Positions 48,933 through 56,367 of a stretch of 64,000 nucleotides of DNA are shown in pieces. The notes under the pieces are model-generated. The model was not told where the DNA came from, did not search any database, and worked only from the letters and a program-made list of their open reading frames with translations. How positions within the stretch are numbered: the first letter of the stretch is position 1; each line of letters starts with the position of its first letter. The stretch comes from Nitrospirota bacterium (GTDB lineage: Bacteria > Nitrospirota > Nitrospiria > Nitrospirales > Nitrospiraceae): contig CAVPBK010000001.1 of the NCBI GenBank assembly GCA_963701855.1, positions 1 through 64,000 of the forward strand. The letters are read 5' to 3'. The translations under genes and the position numbers were made by a program.

Positions 48933-50183
48933 ATGCCGACTTCCATTGCTGTAATCTTCATCGTGTTCTCCACCCTCGTCATTCTGAGCATTTACACGAT
49001 CAAACTTTCGAATCGGTTCGGCATCCCCTCACTGGTCTTGTTCCTCGCCATCGGCATGTTGGCGGGATCCGACGGTCTCGGCGGCATCACGTTCGACAAT
49101 CCGGCTCTGGTGCGATCGCTGGGTATTACTGCGCTCGTCTTGATTCTATTTTCTGGTGGATTAGACACAGAGTGGTCGGCAATACGCCCCATCGTGTGGC
49201 AGGGAGTCTCGCTCTCGACGATCGGGGTTCTGATCACTGCGCTGCTCATCGGGATGTTTGTCGCCTGGGTCCAAGGGTTCTCATTTCTGGAGGGCCTCTT
49301 GCTCGGCGCCATTGTATCGTCCACCGACGCTGCGGCCGTCTTCATGGTGCTACGAGCCCGGAGAACCAAAATCCCCCGGCGATTGATCCAATTGCTCGAA
49401 TTTGAATCCGGCAGCAACGATCCAATGGCCGTCGTGCTGACGATCGCGCTGATTCGACTGTTGACGGAACCCTCGACCTCTTTTGGGGAGCTGGTCCTAT
49501 TCTTTGTGATGCAAATGGGCGTGGGAACAGTGATTGGCATTGCGATGGGCGAAATCATGCGGCGATCGTTCAATGCGCTCGACTTGGAATTGGAAGGCAT
49601 TTATCCGGTGCTGTCGGTGGCGCTGGCGCTGCTGACCTACGGCATGACCGATTACCTGGACGGGAGTGGCTTTCTTGCCGTGTACCTGGCAGGGCTCGTC
49701 ATGCAGCGAAAACCGTTTACTCACCAGCAAAGTGTCTTGCGTTTTCACGACGGGCTGGCCTGGCTGATGCAGGTCACCATGTTCTTGGCACTGGGGCTAC
49801 AAGTATTTCCGGCAAGGCTCGTGCCAATCGCTGGGGTGGGCCTCCTGGTTTCTCTTTTCCTGATCTTCATCGCCCGCCCTGCGAGCGTCCACGTGGCGTT
49901 GGCTTTTTCGCCAATGTCCCTTCGAGAACAGACGCTTGTGGCCTGGGCGGGGCTCCGTGGGGCCGTGCCGATCATCTTGGCCACATTTCCCTTAGTGGCC
50001 GGGATCGAAAAGGCAGACATGATCTTCCATATGGTGTTTTTTATTGCACTCACGTCCGTCGTCATACAGGGGACGGCGATTCCGTTCCTCACGCGAATGT
50101 TGAAAATCGGAAGTCCACCATCGAATGAAACTCGATCCGGCCCACAGCTCAATCCGCAGCCACCCTCAAAACCGATGCCGTAA
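48933..50183 (+). CDS. nhaP2: K+/H+ antiporter NhaP2/CvrA family (membrane domain only)
   Basis: SSTDAAAVF, LEFESGSNDPMA, GLRGAVPIILA. Confidence 0.88.
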   Translation: MPTSIAVIFIVFSTLVILSIYTIKLSNRFGIPSLVLFLAIGMLAGSDGLGGITFDNPALVRSLGITALVLILFSGGLDTEWSAIRPIVWQGVSLSTIGVLITALLIGMFVAWVQGFSFLEGLLLGAIVSSTDAAAVFMVLRARRTKIPRRLIQLLEFESGSNDPMAVVLTIALIRLLTEPSTSFGELVLFFVMQMGVGTVIGIAMGEIMRRSFNALDLELEGIYPVLSVALALLTYGMTDYLDGSGFLAVYLAGLVMQRKPFTHQQSVLRFHDGLAWLMQVTMFLALGLQVFPARLVPIAGVGLLVSLFLIFIARPASVHVALAFSPMSLREQTLVAWAGLRGAVPIILATFPLVAGIEKADMIFHMVFFIALTSVVIQGTAIPFLTRMLKIGSPPSNETRSGPQLNPQPPSKPMP

Positions 50184-50475
50184 CTCTCTCCTAATCTGCC
50201 CACTCATTTTACTTGGTGCAGGGGCCAGATGCCCATTTCCCAGGACGAGCATCGCCATTGTCGAAGCTTCGTTTCTCTCTTCCATCTTTCATGTGTTGTC
50301 CTCCGCTTAAAACTCTGACAGGGGAAATTAGCCATGGGAAATGCGGAAAGCTGGGGAATTTGTTCGTAACGATCGTGATGGGAGACAACCGACCTCCGAA
50401 CATAGGAACAGGCTGTCCAGAAATTACGGAAGGCCGTATATGTGAAGGGGCGGAAACGGTTTATGAAACCCGACA

Positions 50476-50506
50476 CACCAGAGCCTCTTTCACAGAGGCC
50501 CTGGTG
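50476..50506 (-). terminator. Stem-loop behind duplicated gene, copy 2
   Basis: 13-bp stem with one G-U pair when read on the minus strand. Confidence 0.55.
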
Positions 50507-50531
50507 GCCCTGAGGGTGGTTAGTTGTAGCC

Positions 50532-50897
50532 CTACTGTACCTCGACGGTGATGCTATGACTGGCTGTGACAGGATCGTGGTCCTTTGTCGCGCCGGTCAC
50601 AGTGATCTTGTGCGTCCCCTTGCTCAGACCCTTAATCTCCCCCTTAAAACCCTTCTGATACTGATCGTCTACATATGCATGGACATGCGTACCTGCGGAG
50701 CCCTTGGCCAACTCATACTTCACCTCAAAAGTGTCACTGACCTTGTCCCCGTCCTTGGGAGACGTAATCGTCACCTTTGACCCGTCCTCTACTGGCGCAG
50801 CCGCTGGTTTATCCCCTGCGAAGACTGGCGCCCCACTAAGACATCCCGCCAACGCGATCCCTAATCCCATGAATCCTATACGTCCCATCATCTGCAT
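50532..50897 (-). CDS. Small secreted Ig-like protein, paralog 2
   Basis: Colinear with 46538-46903 (MQMMGRIG, TSPKDGD, HVH, HKITVTGATKDHD). Confidence 0.8.
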   Translation of the reverse strand: MQMMGRIGFMGLGIALAGCLSGAPVFAGDKPAAAPVEDGSKVTITSPKDGDKVSDTFEVKYELAKGSAGTHVHAYVDDQYQKGFKGEIKGLSKGTHKITVTGATKDHDPVTASHSITVEVQ

Positions 50898-51005
50898 CGT
50901 GACCTCCTTGTTTGAACCAACTGAATGAACACTACCACCTACCATCCTCTCCAGGATATCCTCTTCTCTGACTACCAGTCGTTCCCTGGCAGAGATCATC
51001 CGAAC

Positions 51006-51034
51006 ATTCTACTTTTCAAGATTGCCTCAGTCAA
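51006..51034 (-). promoter_or_regulatory. Sigma70 promoter, paralog 2
   Basis: TTGACT-17bp-TAGAAT. Confidence 0.6.
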
Positions 51035-51041
51035 TCCGCAC

Positions 51042-51333
51042 CTGCGCGCATCGAGCAACCGCGAACACAAATAATCCCTCCAAGCTTGCTCGCTATCTCT
51101 TCAGGGACGGGGACTGATTGATCTTCTCCTGCGCGCAGCTTTCTCACCCGCCTACCCACTGGCAAATATTTCTCACCCATCCTACCCTCCGATTGCTTCG
51201 CAATCGATTTCCCTGGACGTGCCACTAGCCCAGGCGAAGGCCTCCCGATTCTCCATACCTTTCTCAGGGGAGTGGCCAAGGCTGCCCTTTATTGCGCGCT
51301 CTGCGAGCAAGAAGGGCACATGGACATTCCTCT
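51042..51333 (+). repeat. Hairpin repeat family H, cluster of partial copies
   Basis: CTGCGCGCATCGAGC, CCCTCCAAGCT, AGGGGAGTGGCCAAGGCTGCCCTT...GCGAGCAAGAAGGGCAC. Confidence 0.75.
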
Positions 51334-51394
51334 CCCCCTCCCTCCTCACTCCACAATATAATATGGTACGGTAGAGCAACGACGGAGCCCGGCG

Positions 51395-52339
51395 ATGACC
51401 ATTCAGGCACAGTTTCCAGACGAGCAGAACATCGAGGGCGCCTTTATCAGGCAGCCGGATGCCTTTCAGGGCTGGGTGACCGCGAATGGCAACTCCGGCT
51501 ACCAGGCAGCGAGCGGCCGCTACCATCTCTATGTCTCATGGGCCTGCCCCTGGGCGCATCGGACGATTATTGTGCGGAAACTCAAGAAACTCGAACATGT
51601 GATCGGCATGACGATTGTGGACCCGATCCGCGACGAGCGGGGCTGGACCTTCCGAGAAGGACCAGGGCATTCACTCGATCCCATCAACGGATTCCAGTTC
51701 CTCAGTCAGGCCTACAAGGCCACCGATCCGAACTATCGAGGACGGTTCACCGTACCTGTGTTATGGGATACGATGACGAAACGCATCGTCACCAATTCCG
51801 ACGATGATCTCATGCGCATGTTCAACGGCGAATTCGATCGCTTCACCGAGAGCATGATCGACCTCTATCAAGAAGGAATCAGGAATGAGATCGAGAGCCT
51901 CAATACCTTCATCTACGAGAACGTGAACGACGGGGTCTATCGCGCGGGATTCGCCACATCACAGCAGGCCTATGAACGAGCCGTGTTGCGCCTCTTCGAC
52001 GCCCTCGATCAACTTGAGGCCAGGCTGGCGCGCCAACGCTACCTCTTCGGCTCACAATTCGTCGAAACCGATTGGCGCTTGTTCGTCACCCTCGTGCGCT
52101 TCGACGCCGTCTACCATGGCCATTTCAAATGCAACATCCGGCGGATCATCGACTACCCGAACCTCTTCAACTACCTCAAAGACCTCTATCAGACCGACGG
52201 CATCGCCGACACGGTGAACTTCGACCACATCAAGCGGCATTACTACATCACCCACGACGACATCAATCCAACCCGCATCGTCCCCCTCGGTCCCGATCAA
52301 GATCTCACCACCCCCCACGGCCGCGAACATCTGAGATAA
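51395..52339 (+). CDS. yqjG: Glutathionyl-hydroquinone reductase (GST Xi class)
   Basis: RYHLYVSWACPWAHR, TVPVLWD, VNDGVYRAGFA, RFDAVYHGHFKCN, HIKRHYY. Confidence 0.93.
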   Translation: MTIQAQFPDEQNIEGAFIRQPDAFQGWVTANGNSGYQAASGRYHLYVSWACPWAHRTIIVRKLKKLEHVIGMTIVDPIRDERGWTFREGPGHSLDPINGFQFLSQAYKATDPNYRGRFTVPVLWDTMTKRIVTNSDDDLMRMFNGEFDRFTESMIDLYQEGIRNEIESLNTFIYENVNDGVYRAGFATSQQAYERAVLRLFDALDQLEARLARQRYLFGSQFVETDWRLFVTLVRFDAVYHGHFKCNIRRIIDYPNLFNYLKDLYQTDGIADTVNFDHIKRHYYITHDDINPTRIVPLGPDQDLTTPHGREHLR

Positions 52340-52349
52340 CGAGCAGGCC

Positions 52350-52440
52350 GGTCTTTCTGGTTTTTTTGGTTCATCTGGTTTATCTGGTTAGTTTGGTTCA
52401 ACCAAATAAACGAGACAAACCAAACAAACCAGAACAACCG
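52350..52440. repeat. 9-bp-period palindromic element P1
   Basis: About 5x NNTCTGGTT then about 4x AACCAGANN. Confidence 0.85.
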
Positions 52441-52455
52441 CTTTCGCGGCAACCC

Positions 52456-52484
52456 TTGCGCGACTGATACGTCCGTGGTAAGGT
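52456..52484 (+). promoter_or_regulatory. Sigma70 promoter with extended -10
   Basis: TTGCGC-17bp-TAAGGT preceded by TGn. Confidence 0.5.
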
Positions 52485-52489
52485 GCAAC

Positions 52490-52564
52490 GTGATCGCGTA
52501 AGACCTTCCGTGCTCGGAGGCTGCAGTCCTCCAGCAGACACGAAGTCTGACGCGATATTTTTTT
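52490..52564 (+). ncRNA. Candidate small RNA or attenuator leader
   Basis: Long hairpin ATCGCGT..AGAC..CGTG..GGAGG/CCTCC..CACG..GTCT..ACGCGAT followed by T7, directly after the promoter. Confidence 0.45.
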
Positions 52565-52685
52565 GCCCGCACGCAGCCGTCCTGCATCTGCTGAGCATTC
52601 CGCCGAAGGCATAACCATCCCTCGCGCTCATTGCTAGCCCGACATCGCCGTGGGGTCATCCGTTACAATTCAAAGAGGTGAATCG

Positions 52686-53633
52686 TTGTTTCAAGAATTA
52701 TGGTCAACAGTCCGGGCCTTCCTCCGCAATACCGCGGGGAGTCTCTATCACATTGTCGTCGTCGCCCTAAGTGCTGGCATTGCGCTCTCGCTCCCGGCAG
52801 GCGCCAAACAGTTTTTATCGTTCTGGTCTCAAGTCGAGCATGACCTGATCTCGCTCATTGCCGTGGAAATGACGGTGGCGATCCTCCTGATCGTCTGCCT
52901 CAACTACTTCCATCGCAGCATACGGGACCGGGCCCTTGCCACCGTGGCGACCGGCGCCGGCCTCGTCTCGTTCTTCCCGCGCCGCACGCGGGGAGCACAA
53001 CGGCACATCAAGCGACTCAAGGAAGAGCAGGGCACAGGCCGAACTATCTCGGTCATCGGGTCAAGCGGCCACAGTACCTTTGTGGATCAAGTGGGAGGTC
53101 TGTCCTCGGTCCTCGACAAATGCCTGGGAGCCAGGATTATGCTGGTGAATCCCTACAGCCAGGAAGCGAGCGCGCGCATACAGGCGATCAACCATCCCGA
53201 GTTCACGCTGGAAACATTCCGGGAAGAAGTTCGACAAAGTATCCGGCTCCTCAAGCGGCTGAAGGCCATGGGGAAAGCCGTCAAACTCAAGCTCTACTCA
53301 GATTCCCCGTTGATGAAATTGGTGATCCTCGGAGATTATCTTTGGCTCCAGCATTACCATGCCGATCTGGACGTCCAGACCATGCCGGAGTATGTCCTGC
53401 GGCACAATCGCAAGGACCACGGCCTTTATACCCTCTATGCCCACTACTTCGTGCAGCGATGGGAGAGCGCCGAAATTCCGGAGTACGATCTCGACACGGA
53501 CGAGCTGGTGTACCGAAGCAAAGCCGGCAACGAAATCCGGAGAGAGCGGTTTGAGATTGGGGCGGCGTCCGAAGAAATCGGAGCCCAGCTGGAGACGCTC
53601 GAACTCACCGCCGAACCGGCCCAAGTCGGCTGA
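52686..53633 (+). CDS. Two-TM membrane protein with DUF5919-like C-terminal domain
   Basis: TTG after AGAGGTG; 2 TM helices; ISVIGSSG, RIMLVNPYS, LKLYSDSP..LVILGDYLWLQHY. Confidence 0.7.
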   Translation: MFQELWSTVRAFLRNTAGSLYHIVVVALSAGIALSLPAGAKQFLSFWSQVEHDLISLIAVEMTVAILLIVCLNYFHRSIRDRALATVATGAGLVSFFPRRTRGAQRHIKRLKEEQGTGRTISVIGSSGHSTFVDQVGGLSSVLDKCLGARIMLVNPYSQEASARIQAINHPEFTLETFREEVRQSIRLLKRLKAMGKAVKLKLYSDSPLMKLVILGDYLWLQHYHADLDVQTMPEYVLRHNRKDHGLYTLYAHYFVQRWESAEIPEYDLDTDELVYRSKAGNEIRRERFEIGAASEEIGAQLETLELTAEPAQVG

Positions 53634-53676
53634 GCCAATCGGGCCAACACAAGATCAGCACGTCTGGAGCAAGCCA

Positions 53677-53796
53677 GGTCTGTCTGGTCTGTTCGGTCTG
53701 TCTGGTTTGTTTGGTTGAACGAAACTAACCAGATGGACCAGAAAGACTGGACAGACCAAATGAACAAGACAGTCTGGCAGCCTTTTCAGCATCTTG
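53677..53796. repeat. 9-bp-period palindromic element P2 with IS-like right end
   Basis: TGTCTGGTC-like x4, then AACCAGA-like x5-6, then GGCAGCCTTTTCAGCATCTTG. Confidence 0.85.
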
Positions 53797-53835
53797 GTAG
53801 AGTACAATTCATTTTTTCAGAAAGTCTGTCCCCTC

Positions 53836-54675
53836 ATGTCCATCCAGTGGTTTCCCGGTCACATGAATACGGCGCGCAAAGAAGCGGCCAAGACGATGGA
53901 GGTGATCGATGTCATCGTCGAAGTACTAGATGCGCGAATACCAAACGCTAGCTGCAATCCACTGATCGAAGAACTGCGCCTCACCCGCCAGCGCCCTAGC
54001 CTGAAAGTTCTCAACAAAGCCGATCTCGCCGACCCCGCCGTCACTCAGGCTTGGCTCGATCTCTATAATCGGCAATCGGGCGTCAGCGCTGTAGCTCTTT
54101 CTTGTAGTCATGCGGGCGATGCCGCGAAGCTGCCCCAGTTTTGTCAGCCGCTCGCGCCCCATCGCAACAGCAGCGCGAAGCCGCTGCGCATGCTTATTAT
54201 GGGGGTTCCCAACGTCGGAAAATCGACCCTGATGAACATGCTCCTCAAACGCCGCGTCGCTCGCGTGGGCGACGAACCAGCCGTGACCAAAGTTCAACAA
54301 CGTCACAAACTCAACGACCGCATGGCCATCATCGACTCACCCGGACTGTTGTGGGGAACCATCAAAGACCCTCATGTGGGCCTCCTGCTCGCCACGGTCA
54401 ACGCCATAAGCCACAAGGTCGTGGATGACGAAGAGGTCGCAGAGTTTCTCGCTGGAATCTTGCTCGCGCGCTATCCTGCCCGGCTCACGACCCGCTACGG
54501 CTTTGCTGTGGACGGGCTGACTAGTGCTGGCGTGATCGACGCCGTAGGCAAAAAGCGTGGCTGCCTATTGACCAGAAGCGGCGGCGGAATAGATCGAAAC
54601 AAAGCGGCAAGGATACTCTTGTTGGACTACCGCAACGGCGCGCTCGGCCGCACCAGCTTGGAGACACCGGAGTAG
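53836..54675 (+). CDS. rbgA: Ribosome biogenesis GTPase RbgA/YlqF
   Basis: IQWFPGHM, EVLDARIP, NKADL, GVPNVGKSTLMN, DSPG. Confidence 0.93.
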   Translation: MSIQWFPGHMNTARKEAAKTMEVIDVIVEVLDARIPNASCNPLIEELRLTRQRPSLKVLNKADLADPAVTQAWLDLYNRQSGVSAVALSCSHAGDAAKLPQFCQPLAPHRNSSAKPLRMLIMGVPNVGKSTLMNMLLKRRVARVGDEPAVTKVQQRHKLNDRMAIIDSPGLLWGTIKDPHVGLLLATVNAISHKVVDDEEVAEFLAGILLARYPARLTTRYGFAVDGLTSAGVIDAVGKKRGCLLTRSGGGIDRNKAARILLLDYRNGALGRTSLETPE

Positions 54676-54704
54676 GTGGGCAGAAGAACAGCCCGGTATG
54701 GGCA

Positions 54705-54795
54705 GTTTATCTGGTGGATAGGTTTGTCTGGTCTATATCATCCCCCGAACAAGACAAACCAAATAAACCTCTGTAACCAGACAAACTAGAGAACC
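54705..54795. repeat. 9-bp-period palindromic element P3
   Basis: TTTATCTGG/TTTGTCTGG arm then AACAAGAC/AACCAAAT/AACCAGAC arm, between convergent genes. Confidence 0.75.
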
Positions 54796-54804
54796 GCAAC
54801 TCGC

Positions 54805-56268
54805 TCACAATCCAACTCTGACGAAGTCGATATACCCTCGTTCGACATCCGTACTTATAAGCTCTACTTGCACCTTGTCTCCGACATCAAGGCCACGTTC
54901 GCCCGTCACCAGTCTCCCTTCGACCGGCGGCTCAAGGAGCCGGACCCACGTACCTCTGTCCGATGCGCCCGTCACGATGGCGTCGAAGCGTTGCCCAATC
55001 CTCGATTCGAGCAATAAGGCGGCGGCGGACTTGCGGAGCCGCCGCTCGACTTTCTCCGCATCGTCTTCTTTCTCGGTGCAGTGACCGGCCAGATACTTCA
55101 GCTCTTCCGGATGGTAGGGAGTTGGTGCGCCGGCCAGCGCCGCTTTGATCAGCCTCTGGGTGATGAGATCGGGAAAGCGCCGGTTGGGAGCCGTAGAATG
55201 GGTGTACCCCTTCACCGCAAGTCCGAAATGTTCGGGAGCGCCATCCTTCGACTGGTCCAGCACATATTCTCCTCTGCCGATGAGCTTCACAATGGCCAGG
55301 GACAGATCCGGAAATCTGAGGGGGTCGGCTTTCCGACGTGCGACGAGGAACGATTCGAGCGCCATCGCGTCCGGCTCCGGAGGTAAGGACTCACCCCAGC
55401 GTGCGGCCACCTCAACAATTCGCTGCCAACGTTCGGGAGAACGCAGGATACGGCGGAAGGAAGGCATGCCCTTTCCATTCAAATAGGACGCGGTCGCCTG
55501 ATTGGCCGCGACCATAAAATCTTCGATCAGTTCCTTCGCGCGATTCTTCTGCTCGACCTTGAGATCGGTCAGCACCTCACCCTCAAACACGGCTCTTGGC
55601 TCAATCGTTTCGAGACTCAACGCTCCCTGCTGGTGTCGTCGTGCCTTGAGCCGCTGCGCGACCTGGTCTTGGAGGCGAAGTTGCGCATCGAGGCCGGAGA
55701 CGGCCTTGACCCCCTCAGGCGCTGGCGCCACCCCTGCAAGCCAGGCTGCGACGCTGTTATAGGCCAGCTTCGCGTGGTTGCGGACAAGGGCCCGAAAGAG
55801 GGTCGAACTGAGAACCACCCCGTCCTCCGCAATCACCATCTCTACGATAATCGCGAGGCGGTCTTGCCCTTCGCCGAGCGACGTCAGATCGGTCGACAGC
55901 TTTTCCGGCAACATAGGAAATATGCCGCCGGACGTATAGACCGACGTTGTATTGTGCTTGGCATGAGCATCCAGGGCAGATTCCTTTGCGACCAGCGCGT
56001 CCACGTCGGCAATCGCGACCAGGATTGTGACAGACCGATCAGGATGTGGTTCAGCCACGGTGAGTTGGTCAAGATCTCGTGAGTCGTCGTTGTCGATCGA
56101 CGCCCAGAGTAACCCCGTTAAGTCACGCATGCCTGCCTGCTGGGCAGTGGCAGCAACCTCTATGCGGGCAAGCTCGGCCATCGCCGCGGAAGAAAAGTCC
56201 GGCAAGAGGCCTCGTTCGATCATGGCGCGACGAGCGATATTCTTGAGATCTGTGCGATGACTTTTCAT
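54805..56268 (-). CDS. RNB-domain exoribonuclease (RNase II/R family, short form)
   Basis: SIDNDDSRDLDQ, LIEDFMVAAN, YTHSTAPNRRFPDL, C-terminal S1. Confidence 0.92.
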   Translation of the reverse strand: MKSHRTDLKNIARRAMIERGLLPDFSSAAMAELARIEVAATAQQAGMRDLTGLLWASIDNDDSRDLDQLTVAEPHPDRSVTILVAIADVDALVAKESALDAHAKHNTTSVYTSGGIFPMLPEKLSTDLTSLGEGQDRLAIIVEMVIAEDGVVLSSTLFRALVRNHAKLAYNSVAAWLAGVAPAPEGVKAVSGLDAQLRLQDQVAQRLKARRHQQGALSLETIEPRAVFEGEVLTDLKVEQKNRAKELIEDFMVAANQATASYLNGKGMPSFRRILRSPERWQRIVEVAARWGESLPPEPDAMALESFLVARRKADPLRFPDLSLAIVKLIGRGEYVLDQSKDGAPEHFGLAVKGYTHSTAPNRRFPDLITQRLIKAALAGAPTPYHPEELKYLAGHCTEKEDDAEKVERRLRKSAAALLLESRIGQRFDAIVTGASDRGTWVRLLEPPVEGRLVTGERGLDVGDKVQVELISTDVERGYIDFVRVGL

Positions 56269-56367
56269 GTGTTCCCTTCAATCTGGGATGAGACCCGGTT
56301 AGTTCTTGGTAGGGAAGGAGCAGGGGACACTCCGGCGAGAAAAGGCTCCCGACCAACTTTGTGGACC

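Noticed and set aside
50204..50476. Possible small gene downstream of nhaP2
   Set aside because: RBS-ATG present but the frame is only about 27 codons with no recognisable similarity; cannot be supported.
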